Positions 23,686 to 38,400 are shown, counted from the stretch's first letter. The stretch is DNA of 64,000 nucleotides from Eledone cirrhosa (GCA_964016885.1 OZ024743.1:369458001-369522000); one strand, 5' to 3'. The notes: a model not told the origin generated them from the sequence alone. Numbers and translations are program-made.

Positions 23686-25544
23686 ATATTCCTTAATAGT
23701 CATAGTGTCTTCAGTGTAAGGAACTATTTCTTGTTTTTGTTTAGTCCTATTTCAACTCTGATCGTGTAGACATGTATATTCAAAGACTTTCTGGTCATGA
23801 CTGCGTTCACCTCCTTCAGAATACCAACCGTTTTTTTATTTTCAAAGATCCTTCTGGGGACTCGTGAGTTGGCGGATAACACCGGTCAGTTTACTTGAGG
23901 ATAGATGATCAGACGATGTATTCAATTAAAGATGTTGTTTAGTCCCCAAATCAGCCCTTACCAATCTGATCATATGATCCTGACCACTCCATCCCCTCGA
24001 TCATATGATCCTGACCACTCCATCCCCTCATATATCCCCAAACTACACTGTATGGGTCCTTAGTATTTAAATACGGTAGAGTGTGGCATGGAAAAGATTC
24101 TGGCTTCTATTTCAAGCAGATTGAGTGACCTGTTTAGCTCAATCCAACCGAACATTCTAGTCGTTTTTGGCTTTATGTGTGAGATATATAGTTTTAGGTT
24201 TTGGCGCTTAAAACGTGCACCCCACCCCATTTTACCATATGAACGAAGTTCGTTTAGAAATATTTAGGTAAATCATATGTAAGTGACTACTTGGAACCTA
24301 ATAGCCCTGACCTCTCTATTTCAATTGTAGGTCTTTCTGGTTTAATCTTCATTATGTGTGTGTAGAGAGTCATTCAGTTATTTTAACCAATGTTATTTAC
24401 AGCTTTTCCTCCTTCTCTAATTTAATGTTATTTAACTCGAGGTTAGCGCTGATCAAGTCCATCTATGCTTAATGGCGTATTTTAGTTGTGATCACTTGTC
24501 TATTACTTTTCAGATATAGTGTCTCTACAGATATTTTTTTCAAGATATTAAGGTTTGATAAAAAAAAATGGTCTGGGTGCTATTTCTTGTAGGTTGTGCG
24601 ACTACGTAGGGACTCATTGTTTTGGTAATCTGAATATTGCTGTGGTTTAGCCCCAGGGCAGCTTTGAATGAGTAGACTTATAATCAAAGGTAATCCAGTA
24701 AGGGTGTAATTTGAGGGACGTTTAAATGATATGTTTAGCATTTCTAGCACCAACAGAACAAGAGTGGTTGCCGTTTTACACTCCATGGGCCAATTCGTCA
24801 CGCATATGTCATAGAAGTTTAACTCCCTTGTGTAAAATATTTGAATATAAAATATATTTAGCATTTACACAGGATATAACGATTTGATATTAAAAATATA
24901 TAAATATTACTTTCTTTAATGAGACTTTTGAGTTTGTTTTGATTTCAAGAAAACTTTAACTAAGTTAAATTAGTTACTGAGAACAACAGAGGGTGGTTCA
25001 ATTTGAGTCAGTTAATCGTGATCTCATGTTTTTATCAGATATATAGATATAACTCTAGACAAATTTTCTTATTTCTGAAAAATAGAAATTTATCAACGTC
25101 ATCAGCATTTGGAACCAAAGCTCATCAAATTTCGTTTCAGTAATAAATTACTTTTCCTGTCAGTAATCATCATTTGTATGTAATTAAACGTTTTTTATTT
25201 TGTTCACTAAGTGAAAATAGGTTTATAAATGCAAATAAGCAATCTTTAGCAAAATTACGAAAGCGAGTATAAAATAACTCTTGCAACATCCTCATTTGTT
25301 TTCCAACATACGTATTTTATTCTTTTAACCTCGGGAACTAGTTCAAATCCTCATTTCTAGCTGATAGATGAACAGTTTTAATTTCATCTAGAATACATTG
25401 ATATCCCTTACTAAGACAGGAAACAATTCCCTCCGTAGTTTCAAATTTATATCATTAAGATGACTAGTCACATAAACTAAAATTACTAAATCAAACAGGT
25501 ACCTGTCATTCCATAAAGTGGTTCTTGCGTCGGCCCATTTTCCT

Positions 25545-26200
25545 CTTCTAGGAAAGTATGACAAACATGTTTAAAAGTTGTTTTGGCATTCGTGTTGTCA
25601 CTTCAGTAACGATGTTACGTAACTTTGTTTCTTGATGTAGTTTCAGTTTGAGGCATGCTTCCTTAAAACTTGTACAGTCTTCACATGTCTTATCAATTGG
25701 CAGCTGTAATAAATACTCTTTCCTTGTATCTTTATTGTGAGCGCTTATCTGTCGCCATAGAACGTGATCCATGGTCATGTGCCAGCCTTGTTCTCCATTT
25801 AGAAAAATTATTGAATAAAAAGAGGGATCAAAATATGATTGATATTCACTGTTTTTGCCGATATATTGAGAAGTTCCCATTTCCATCAAGAAATATTGTC
25901 GCATTCCCGTGTCTGGACTTGCAACAAAATAAACTTATATTTTTCTAAGTTGCAAGTTTTCTCTAGCTGCTCGTTTTCCCTCTTGTAGTATTATGTTTCT
26001 CATATTTTCGAAAGTTTTTCGTACACCCACTGCAAGTAATACCAGCAAATTGGGGCAACATTGCTTCATGTACTTCTTTTCTCAATTCCTGAATGCAAGT
26101 TGCCAACCTGATTATAAGCAAGACTTTGTAATCGGAATCAATAGCGGCCTCGCCCCTCTGCTGACGTAATATTAGCTTCAAATTAAACTAATGAAAATGC
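25545..26200 (-). pseudogene. Helitron Rep/helicase gene remnant, internally deleted
   Basis: FDPSFYSIIFLNGEQGWH resembles the Helitron 'YDPLQYPLLFP.GE.GW' motif. It is fused to CTSFKEACLKLKL...MPKQLLNMFVIL, resembling 'TF.EAC..LGLL...P.QLR.LF..IL'. Confidence 0.7.
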
Positions 26201-26277
26201 AGAAATGCAGTTTTGCATGCATTCCTTGAAGTTACCACGATGGCCGAAATCAAATAATCTAATCATTAGAGTTGAGC

Positions 26278-26470
26278 AGGGTTAAGATCAGTGTTAGGGT
26301 TAGGGTTGGGGTTAGGATCAGTGTTAGAGTTTAAGGTCAGAGTTGGGGTTAGGATCAATGTTAGAGTTAGAATTAACGTTAGGGTCAGGGGTTAGGGTTG
26401 GGTTTAAAGTTAGGGTTAGGTTTACGTTTAGGGTCAAAATTAGGGCTAGGTTTGAGTTGGGGTTAGTGTT
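26278..26470 (+). repeat. Degenerate interstitial (TTAGGG)n-like array
   Basis: About 30 hexamer units: several exact GGGTTA/TTAGGG plus variants such as TTGGGG, TCAGGG and TTAGAG. Confidence 0.8.
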
Positions 26471-27014
26471 ATGTGGTGTTATGTTGTTTTGTGCTGACAG
26501 TAAATCAGTTCGTTTGAGAGCCTAGGATTCCACAATATTTATCTCGTCAATGTTAAATTGTTGAAACACTATTCATATCTGGAATTCGGTGTTGTTAGCC
26601 TTCTCGAGTGTCTTATTCTTATACCCTTCTCTTCTTTTGTTATGTGCCTTTCATCGTCCAATGGTAATCTTCACTTTCTTCCACATTCAGATTTTTTTCT
26701 CGTCACTTGTTCTCTACCTCTCATGTTTTCAATTAGAACAAATGGTTATTTTGTCAAAGCTCTTTCTGGCCTTATTCTGTTTACTCCAAGATAGAGTAAA
26801 CGGAACAAGACTAAGTAGACACAGACAACAACAACTAGTCATTGAGGAGGTCACAGAATGTGTAAGGAAAAATCTTTGACAACATAAGCAATAAATAAGT
26901 GCAAGTCAAATAGTGCATGTGTTTTTATTGGCAAAATGACCATTCCACGATTTCACATCAAGAATCTTGTAAAACAAATACATGAACGAAAAATATTATT
27001 ATTCGTTATTATGA

Positions 27015-27430
27015 GTTGCTGATTGGTGACGCATTAAATGCCTTGTGGTATTTGTTCCGATTCTTTACATTATGAGTTCAAATCTCATCGCGGTCAACTT
27101 TGCTTTTCATCTTTCCGGGCTCGAAAAATAAAGTCCCAGTTAAATACTGACTGGGTTTCTCCTTCCTCCCAAAACTACGGGACTTGTGCCTAAATTTCAA
27201 ACATTTTGAAGGCGGTGGATTGGCAGGATCTGCAGAGCGTCGGACAAATGCTGCTAAGCATTTGTCCCTGCATTTTGTTCTGAGTTCAAATCTTACCCGT
27301 CGAGGCCCACTTTACATTTCAGCCTTCCGAGGATGATAAATTACTACCAGTATCAATCAAGTACCTGGGTCGATATAATCAACTTCCCCGCCCTTCAAAT
27401 TGCTGGTCTTGACCTAAATCAAAAACCATT
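27015..27430 (+). mobile_element. Two tandem diverged family A-related SINEs
   Basis: GAGTTCAAATCT B-boxes at ~27073 and ~27282, each followed by the CTTT.C.TTTCA.C.TTCCG core. Confidence 0.7.
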
Positions 27431-27678
27431 GTTATTATTGTTGCAGGTGTTAGGAAGCAGTAGTACAGTATTTAGTTACGATCTTTAGGTTCTGTTTTTT
27501 CTTTTTTTTAAAATAATCATGCCTGGATAGATTTTACCTTTCATGTTTCCGATGTCTATACGAACAATTACCATTCGCCAGCATAAATTCCATCATCTAT
27601 ATATCCCTTAACTCCCAAATTTGCAACACTGAAGCTAATAAAGGAAATCGATATCTAAATATGACTATAAGTATTAAT

Positions 27679-28111
27679 CCACACGTATATATACACACAT
27701 GGGGTCATGAAGTCCCACATGTATATATACACACATGTTGTGATGGAGTCTCTCTCACACACACACACACATATATATATATATACATACAGGTGGTCCC
27801 ACACGTATATATACACACATGGGGTCATGAAGTCCCACATGTATATATACACACATGTTGTGATGGAGTCTTTCTCTCACACACACACATATATATATAT
27901 ATATACATACAGGTGGTCCCACACGTATATATACATACAGGTGGTCCCACACGTATATATACACACATGGGGTCATGAAGTCCCACATGTATATATACAC
28001 ACATGTTGTGATGGAGTCTCTCTCTCTCACACACACACATATATATATATATATACATACAGGTGGTCCCACATGTATATATACACACATGTTGTGATGG
28101 AGTCTCTCTCT

Positions 28112-28145
<34 letters not shown>

Positions 28146-28265
28146 CATACAGGTGGTCCCACACGTATATATACACACAGGTGGTTCATGAAGTTCCACG
28201 CGTATTATACACAGTCGGTCATAGGTCATGGAATTTCACGCGTATATATACATATAGGTGGTCCA
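27679..28265. repeat. Composite minisatellite, ~120-bp unit built from ~30-bp subunits and microsatellite pieces
   Basis: CCACACGTATATATACACACATGGGGTCATGAAGTCCCACATG...ACAGGTGGTC repeats at 27679, 27799 and 27946, then truncated and degenerate copies. Confidence 0.9.
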
Positions 28266-28599
28266 TGGAGGAAGCAGCACAGTGTGTGTGTACGCACGCA
28301 CACGCACACACGCACTCGTTTAGTTACTTGTCTTCTGTCCTTATCTAATTGCCTTGTCTGTTTCGCCCGCTCCTATAATATTTCAAAACTTAACACACAT
28401 GCACATATGCTTTGCATAAAAAGAAAGTACACGTACACAAACAATGAGGCGGGGCGAGGAGATTAGTCGAGACGATTAATTTCTTGAATATATTGATAGA
28501 AAACTGGGTTTTTAGATACTTAACTGTAGTTAAAAGAAGACTCGGAGCTGGGGCTATTTACAAAAGCGGCAACAATTTAACATGCGTATAATGCTAGAC

Positions 28600-30400
28600 A
28601 TTTTAAAAACCGATCACATTGCTCCCAAAGAAGCCCATAAAACTGGCAGGTCCAGGGCGACCTACAGGATGAAGTGGGAAGCATTGGCGGAGAAGAAAGT
28701 CAGGACCAGGTATGCAGATACTATTGAGAACTCCCCGAGCAAACTGAGGACGTTGAGACAGTGGATATTGTTCAGCGCTGCAGTTTCTGCTTCAGTTGTG
28801 AAATGCTGCGGACGAAAGAGGCTTAGTGTCGTGTCGGATGGCAGGAGGACCCCTTGGTTCAATCAAGAGGTCAAAAATGTTATTCGAGCAAAAAGGAGGC
28901 TTACAAAGCTTGGCTTGGAAATAAGTCCTCCTCCTTGCATTTGCGGTACAAGCAGGCACGAAGAATCGCAGTAGAAGCAGTTAAGGCGTCTAAAGACATT
29001 GGAGGACTTTGTGGTTAAGCTGCAATCCGACTTCATATCAGCAAATGAAGTTTTCTGGCAGACCAACCGGCGACTTCGTAATAAAATGCCTTCCTCCATA
29101 CTTGCTATCAAAAACGCGTATTTGGTTCTCCTCTCTTCAGAGAGGTACATCCTCGCGAGTTGGAGAGAATGCTTTGCTGATCTCCTAAACCCGATCACAA
29201 CAGCATCTTCTGATGTACATGAGGTACATCTGGGAGCGATGACTAATCTCTCTGAGGCTGAGGCCGCAAGACCAGTTAAAGAGCTCAAATGTGACAAGGC
29301 CGCTGAGGAAGATGAAATCCGGCCCGAGATGTTAAAAGCCTTAAATAGAGAAGGTATTCTTTGGCTGACTCATGTGTGCCAGGTGGCCTGGATCTCTGGA
29401 AAGGCACCTATGCAGTGGCAATCGGGAGTGATAATTCCAATTTTCAAAAAGGGAGAGAAGAGAGATTTTTCAATTACAGAAGGACGTCCTTGTTAAGTTT
29501 CCCTCGTAAAGTCTATGATAAGTGTCTGGCAAAGAGATGCAGGGAGATTATTGTATCCGAGCTAGCAGATAACAGTGCGGTTTTCGCCCCGTCGAAATAT
29601 TCACACTGTGACAGGTCTTCGAGAAATCGTGGATGTATTGCCAAGAGGTATATTCCTGTTTTGTCGACATTGAAAAGGCATATGAGGGCGTTCCTCTGGA
29701 CCTACTGTGGAATGTTGTACAGGACTAGGGGGATGGCTGGTCAGCTTCTTGCTGCCGTGATGTCACTGTACAGAGTTTCGAGTATTTGTATTCGGATAAA
29801 TTGAAACCATTCATTGTGGGAGTCGGACTTCGCCATGGGTGTGTACTATCACCTCTCCTGTATATTATTTACATGAACAGGATTGACATGCGCAGCCGGG
29901 TTGGAAGTGGTATCATGACTGGCGGGTGTAAAATCAGTCGGCTGGAATTTGCAGACGACATGGTTTTATTTAACTTGACAGAAGGTGATCTCCTATTTGC
30001 ACTCGATAGGTTTGATGCTGAGTGCTGCATGGCTGGAATGAAAATCAGTGCTGAGAAAACTGAGACACTCATTTTCTCAAGGAAGCCTGCGCATTGCACT
30101 CTACATGTGAATGGGGTTCCACTGAAGTAGGTGGAAAAGTCCAAGTATCTCGGAACTGTGTTTACGAGTGATGGAAGGCAGGGGCTAAATTAAGTACAAG
30201 AATTGCAGGAACTGGTGCAGTAATGTGCCAGCTTCATCATTCAGTAATCAGAAAAAGGGAGGTAGGCGTAAAAGCCAAACTCGCTACCTTTAATTCGGTA
30301 TTCGTGCCAACCTTTACCTATGGTCACGAATTTTGGGTAATGACCGAAAGAATATGATTGAGAATACACGCGGCCGAAATGGGGATTCTCCTCCTCCCCC
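28600..30400 (+). pseudogene. Decayed RTE-clade LINE (linker + RT)
   Basis: RTPWFNQEVK, DEIRPEMLKAL, WQSGVIIPIFKKG, VGVGLRHGCVLSPLLYIIYM and LEFADDMV across frameshifts. Confidence 0.9.
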
Positions 30401-30639
30401 TCCTCCGCAGAAGAATAAGAAGGGGGAGGAGATGATCTCATTGCTTGAATGCCGAAAGTTAATGTTTGATAGATGAATATTTCTATTATAGATACAATCT
30501 GAAAGAGTTGTTTAGTCGATTAAATCAATCTCCTGGTACTTATTTTATCGACGTTGACCTCAGTGACATTTGGACTTAGAATGTAAAGGACCATAACGTA
30601 ATTTTATTCCCCAGTATTCTACGGTCCAACGTAACTGGG

Positions 30640-31395
30640 ACGGCATCAATTGCAGGTCATCTGTCAGGCGGATTGAGTCTGGCTTGGACCAACACTGCCT
30701 CGCCTACCTCCGCTCTACTTCTCAGCTCAACAGCGAGGCATGGTTCAATTCGGTGCCCTTCTTGATGATGAGTGCGTACGCATCGGAGTAGCCCAACGCC
30801 TTGGCCTCCGCGTGTGTGAGCTACATAAATGCCGCTACGAGGTGGTTGTTGACAAGTTCGGCCTGCATCCTCTGTCTTGTCGCCAGATCCTAGGCCGGTT
30901 CCCCCGACACGTCGCTCTCAACGACATATTGAGAAGAAGCCTGGACGCAGCTAGCTTTCCATCTCAACTGGAGCCAGCAGGCCTAGACCGCGGAGATGGC
31001 AAGCGGCTCGACGGAATCACCCTCTTCCCATTCGAAGGAGGTAGATCCCTCATCTGGGATACCACCTGCTGCGACACGTTCTCCGCCCCCAACTTAGTCG
31101 CTTCGACCACATCGCGGCCTGCCTCGCAGTAGAATGTAAAATAAACAAATACCGGGGTTTTTCTGGCCGCTTCCTCTTCCCACCGTTCGCCGTCGAGACC
31201 TCAGGCATTCTTCGACCTCGTACTGCCGAGCTCCTCCGCAAGAGCGGAGCGTCGGCGGCTCGTCTGAGGCGGGATCCCTGCGAGGTTGGCCGGCTGTTGC
31301 AGCGGGTGTCACTGGCCATCGTCAGTGGGACCGCTTTTGCCGCCTTGTTCGCGAGGCACAGGCAGCACTTCTGCCCTCTTGCTCTAGGCTGAAAG
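30640..31395 (+). pseudogene. CRE-like non-LTR retrotransposon C-terminus (zinc knuckle + restriction-like endonuclease)
   Basis: HKC...GLHPLSC....RFPRHVALNDILRRSL...EPAGLDRGDGKRLDGITLFPF..GRSLIWD.TC.DT, continuing in another frame as FPPFAVETSG...LLQRVSLAIVSG. Confidence 0.8.
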
Positions 31396-31559
31396 TCCAA
31401 TCACCCCCTCCCCTCTCTTCTGCGACACCAGAGCTCTTGCCACACCTCCGCTTCCCGTTCTTTTCCTTCTTTCTCTCTCTTTTTATTCTATATTTCCCTA
31501 TTCTTTCTTTCCTTATGTTTCACCTTTCTTTTATCATTATTGCCGTCACTATAGTTGTC

Positions 31560-32040
31560 TATCGGTAGAAGGTCGGACGCCATGCTTTGCAGCAAAGAGT
31601 AACGGCCCTTTATGGTCTGAGTTCAAATCCCGCCGAGGTTAACTTTGCCTTTCATCCTTACAGGGTCGATAAAATAAAGTACCAGTAATGTTGCTAGCCT
31701 TGTGCCAAAAGTAGAAACAATTATTATTATTATTATTACTGTAAATAATATGATGTTTATACAGTTTTTATTATAAAGAAATTGAAAAATAACGTAATTT
31801 ATCCGACGTTCTAATGATACTGCAATGTTTCTGATTTAGGCACCAGGCCAACAATTTTAAGTCAATCAAATCGACCTTAGTGCGTTACTGGTACTTTATT
31901 TTATCGACTCCGTAACGAAGAAAGGCAAAGCTAATCTCGGAGATTTGAACCCAGAACGTTAAGGACCATAACGTAAGGCCAGCAATCTGAAAGGAAGGGG
32001 AAAGTCAATTAAATCGATCCCAGTGTTTACTGGTAGTTTA
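31560..32040. mobile_element. Family A SINE cluster (31560-31738 +; ~31825-32040 -)
   Basis: Core GAGTTCAAATCCCGCCGAGGTTAACTTTGCCTTTCATCCTTACAGGGTCGATAAAATAAAGTACCAG with an (ATT)n tail; opposite-orientation copies follow. Confidence 0.8.
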
Positions 32041-32730
32041 TTATTTAAAAGGCCTCAAATTTGAGATAATCGACTCTTGTGTTTATTTTACCAACCACAG
32101 AAAAATTAAAGGAAGCCACATCAACGAAGATTGTTGGAACTAAGTTAGAAAATTCCGTTTTAAAACTACTCTCCATGTTCACAACTTACTTTAGACTGTG
32201 TCAAGAGCATGAGAGAAGGAGGAGTAATTTGTGAATGTCGAAGAGAGTGTGTATTTGTTATGTTAAGATAGTAGGAGACGAAGGAAGAAGAAACAAAAAT
32301 ATTGCGGAGTGACAGGCCTTGCTTGCTTATGGTGTGTTGCCCACGTGACATAGTAGGCAAGTGCTCTTTCTCTCTAACTCTCACATTCATTCTTTCTCCC
32401 CCCCTCTCCCTCTCTTCCACAACTAGCTCTGCCTGCACCCGATATCTAGGTCACTCCAGAAGCTCGTTTGTTGTTCTCTAGCAAAACAGCGCAGCTATTT
32501 TGCTATCTTCAAATGTAAATTAAGCCGTAAATTCGGTTTCTTCCATCATGTTGGAAATCGTCATAAGGTAAGTTATTTCCGCTCACGAAACTCGTCCTTT
32601 CTTGTTGAACCGTTCCATTACCTGATCATAAAGAACGGTAGCGGTGATGATGCCTTTCTTTTCACTTTTTCTCCAATGTCAAATCGGCATGTTCATATAA
32701 TCTATATCTTTGTGTGTGCATCCATCCATC

Positions 32731-32796
<66 letters not shown>

Positions 32797-33309
32797 AAAT
32801 GTGGTTAAATTCACATGTTCATTTCAATTTAACCAAATTTTGAATATTTCAACTCGTCCCTCGGATTGAGTGCTCTGCCAACTTATAAAATCTTAAACGA
32901 AATTCATTACACACGCGCACACACACACACACACACACACAATGATAGTACACACCCAGTTAAAGCGATTACGCTCATAAAATATATGTACTCTATACAA
33001 TCGTTAATAGGTCGTTCTTATCTAATTCGATAGCAATTGATCAATTTGATTTGTTTTATTGTGTGATAATTTCCATAGAATTTCATCTGGTTAGAAAATA
33101 ATGGAAAGTGTATGTATAGTAATAAATATTTTCGTGGTTGTAAACTAACTTTAATGTTAAATTTACTATTTATTAGGCAAGAGTCTCAGGCAGCTTACCA
33201 GACATTTAAGCTAGTCCAAGATCGTTGTAGAACGTCTGCTCTATCACACGTATGCACATACCTATGCGTACATTTAACAGTAAATCGCACACCCACTCAC
33301 CTACACTCG

Positions 33310-34043
<734 letters not shown>

Positions 34044-34199
34044 CCGCCACTCTATATTGAAACATTTGTAGAATTAATGTTTTCAGTATGACTTGGTTAT
34101 TTACTCTCTCTCTCTCCACACGTATATCTCTACATAATTTAAAAGAGATATTTGTTGGTTCGTTCCTTCGCGCATCACACAAAAACGAAAAGTGACAAT

Positions 34200-35000
34200 C
34201 GAAAATTAAGTACAGTAATGGAATCAGGGCATACCCAGGAAGGTTTATTGATACTAATTTTATGACATCAAATAAGAAGAAAAACATCCCGGGTATGTTA
34301 ACTAACTTGACTGCTATTTCTAGCATGTTGGGAATCAACCATAAAGGATTCTCTCTGCGCGTTCGTTGTTAATGATGAACGTGTTTCGCGGCCAGTGTCT
34401 GCGATTCGAACTCTGGTTTACACACACACACACACACACACACAATTATCTATCTATATCTACATATAATATAAAAGATTGGAATTTCCATCATCATTTT
34501 GAGAAACGTGGAACAACCACGTCGCTTTACAGTCAGGCGGAAGATGAACCCTCTCCTAGAGGTCACTATCCTTTGAGACAATCACCAAGGAAAAATGCAT
34601 TTATATCCAAGATTCCTCTTATCCATTCCTCTATCGAGCTGCCTTTCAAATTCTAAAGACTTCAGTTCCCCGTTAGAGCCAGTTTTGCTATGATCATACA
34701 TAAAGCTCAGCCTCGGAGTTTCAAAGTAGTAGAATTGAATACAAGAGAATCGTTTTTTACCCATGGATATTTAAGTGAGAAATCTTCATATCCTATGCAC
34801 GAACAGTAAAATGAAGAATCTGGTGTATCTGGAAGATTTTTTACTATTTTTTTTTCCTAATGTCTCTCTCTCTCTCCACACCACACCACACCACACAGTC
34901 TCGCCTCATACTGTAAACCAGACAAACATCCAGTCATTTTCTCTTTTACCAATCTTCTCTTATCATCTGTTTACCGGGGCGAAGCTGGCTACGTCAGCTT
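34200..35000 (-). mobile_element. Inverted homolog of the 1135-1490 Helitron-like repeat, with ~400 bp extra internal sequence
   Basis: Matching blocks at both ends (seen also as the shared pseudo-ORF text MIPN(L/M)LEIAV and IQ(T/S)FSLL..FSYHL.T.AKL.TSA). Confidence 0.55.
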
Positions 35001-35546
35001 GTGTGTGTGTACACACACACACACAAATGTGAAGAATGAAAACATCAAATATATTTCATTTTCGTGCTTCTCAATAAACAAGAGCAATAGTCTTTGTCCA
35101 GAACCATAATAATTCAAATGTAAAAGGTATATATATAGAGAAATAGAGAAATTACCATATATCTGAGAAAATACACAATATAATGTATATATTCAGAGCA
35201 CATATTTCAAAAAAAAAAAATGAACTCTCTCTCTATATATATACATATATCTTTTATACTTGAACTATTATGGCTCTGGACATATGCCGTAATAGTGCAC
35301 TATTTTCTATAAATTTACGCTGAAAATCTCCCTCTCTCTATCTACATATATATGTATTACACGTGTGTGTAACCACGAACTGAATACAGTCGCATTCACT
35401 CATACATACACACATTTAAACAAGATTATTTTAACTTGAGTTTTATTTTCGCTTGTTTCTTACGTAAATCTGTTTGCCTGGGATATTTATTTCCCTACAG
35501 TTTTCTTTTGATAATTTGTTTAAATACTATTTCTAATAATAATAAT

Positions 35547-35603
<57 letters not shown>

Positions 35604-35714
35604 AAATATATTATATATATATAAATATATTATATATATATATATTATATATATATTATATAACTTGTGAAACAGCGTCATAATATGGAACTTCCCTTTA
35701 TCTTTTCTACTTGT

Positions 35715-35812
35715 ATTATTTCAAACTAAATCAATAAAATAAAGTACCAGTAATGCACTAGGTAATTACTGGCCTTGTGCCAAAAGTAGAAACAATTATT
35801 TCAAACTAAATC
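35715..35812 (+). mobile_element. 5'-truncated family A SINE with an 18-bp target-site duplication
   Basis: ATTATTTCAAACTAAATC at 35715-35732 and 35795-35812 brackets the SINE 3' end. Confidence 0.85.
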
Positions 35813-36473
35813 CGTACCCATTAATGTCATCGGTTTTAGTTGAAAATTAGAATTGCTTCTATGTCCCATGCTCTAAATCTCATCATCTTTCCGTACTTGT
35901 CAATATTTATTTACTATATATAACCCACTGACCGTTTTCATAGAGAGGGTGGGGCTTTTGATATTTATAGTAACCTAATACTTTCTTCCTTAGGTCTCAT
36001 AATTCTAATTTTAGTCACACTTATCGGACAGTTATACGACAGAAGCTAGCATTCCCTTGTTGAAATAACATTTTTAATATTGAGTTTTTGATGTTTAACC
36101 TTCTGTTCAAGCCTCACCGAGTAGACAGACCATTGTGATCAAACACATTCCGGGCATACTCCGCCACCCTTTTTTAAGGTGTATGTATTGTTCCTTTGTT
36201 TTTAGATGGTAATGTTTGTTTTGAGGGGGATTTGGTTGTTATTTCTAACTGCTCGAAAGACCACGCAAAAGCTCGAATTACACGAGTTTGAACGGCTGGT
36301 GTGTGCTTGTGTGAGCTGTCTCCCAGTACTGTAATTGATTTTTATGTGACTGTCTTTGCCAGACATAATTTTACAACTTCACTTGTATAATCTGTACGCA
36401 TGCCGACGTTCCGTATGTAGGACTTTTGACATTATAGACATCCAAATAAAGATCGACTATATATATATATATA

Positions 36474-36587
36474 TAGTTATGTAATAAACAACATAAGATA
36501 ATTGTTTTGTTTATTACATAACTAATAAGCTCTGTAACCTACACAGAGCACTCTTTTTTTCCTGGAGCTTTCCGACGGAATTACTTC

Positions 36588-36591
<4 letters not shown>
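36474..36591 (+). repeat. Internally deleted copy of the 4957-5220 palindromic element (hammerheads missing)
   Basis: Keeps the outer arm ends TAGTTATGTAATAAACAA/TTGTTTATTACATAACTA and the unique tail AAGCTCTGT.ACCTAC..AGAGCACTC...TTCCGACGGAATTACTTCATT. Flanked by (TA)n. Confidence 0.9.
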
Positions 36592-36645
<54 letters not shown>

Positions 36646-36724
36646 ATCCCCCCCACTCTCAACAGCGTGAAACTAATAAACCTTTGTTTGTACTGCTTCT
36701 CTGTTTTCGTTCCCGTTCCAGTTT

Positions 36725-36727
<3 letters not shown>

Positions 36728-36756
<29 letters not shown>

Positions 36757-37406
36757 CTATATATATATATATATAGTATATATATATATATATAGTATAT
36801 ATATAGTATATATATAGTATATATAGTATATATATATATATATAGTATATATATAGTATATATATAGTATATATAATATATATAGTATATATATAGTATA
36901 TATAATATATATAGTATATATATAGTATATATAATATATATAGTATATATATAGTATATATATATATATAGTATATAGTATATATATAGTATATATAATA
37001 TATATAGTATATATATAGTATATATAATATATATAGTATATATATAGTATATATAATATATATAGTATATATATAGTATATATATATATATAGTATATAT
37101 ATATATATAGTATATATATAGTATATATAATATATATAGTATATATATAGTATATATAATATATATAGTATATATATAGTATATATAATATATATAGTAT
37201 ATATATAGTATATAGTATATATATAGTATATACTATATAATATATATAGTATATATATATAGTATATATATATATATAGTATATATATAGTATATATATA
37301 TATAGTATATATATAGTATATATATAGTATATATATATATAGTATATATATAGTATATATATATATAGTATATATATAGTATATATATATATATAGTATA
37401 TATATA

Positions 37407-37440
<34 letters not shown>

Positions 37441-38369
37441 TATATATAGTATATATATAGTATATATATATATATATAGTATATATAGTATATATATATA
37501 GTATATATAGTATATATATATATATATAGTATGTATATATATATATATATACTATATATATATATATATAGTATATATATATATATAGTATATATATATA
37601 TATAGTATATATATATATATAGTATATATATATATATAGTATATATATATATATAGTATATATATATATAGTATATATATGTATATATATAGTATATGTA
37701 TATATATATAGTATATGTATGTATATATATAGTATATGTATATATATATAGTATATGTATGTATATATATAGTATATGTATATATATATATATAGTATAT
37801 GTATATATATATAGTATATATATATATATATAGTATATATATATATATAGTGTATATATATATATAGTGTATATATATATAGTGTATATATATATATAGT
37901 GTATATATATATATATATATATAGTGTATATATATATATATAGTGTATATATATATATATATAGTGTATATATATATATATATAGTGTATATATATATAG
38001 TATATAGTATATATATATATATATATATAGTGTATATATATATATATATAGTGTATATATATATATATATATAGTGTATATATATATAGTGTATATATAT
38101 ATAGTGTATATATATATATAGTATATAGTGTATATATATATATATATAGTATATATATATATATATATAGTGTATATATATATATATAGTATATATATAT
38201 AGTATATATATATATATATAGTGTATATATATATATATAGTGTATATATATATATATAGTATATATATATAGTATATATATATATATATAGTGTATATAT
38301 ATATATATAGTGTATATATATATATATAGTGTATATATATATATATATAGTATATATATATATATATAG

Positions 38370-38400
<31 letters not shown>

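Noticed and set aside
23969-24029. Short direct duplication GATCATATGATCCTGACCACTCCATCCCCTC
   Set aside because: Simple local slippage with no further structure.
25070-25112. Minus-strand CTGATGA...GAAA
   Set aside because: No stem III/NUH and no stem I complement; chance match in AT-rich DNA.
27655-28348. Repeat-spacer-like pattern and overlapping ORFs (CRISPR-like or repetitive protein)
   Set aside because: The intervening segments are themselves repeated, there are no cas genes, and the context is eukaryotic; it is a minisatellite.
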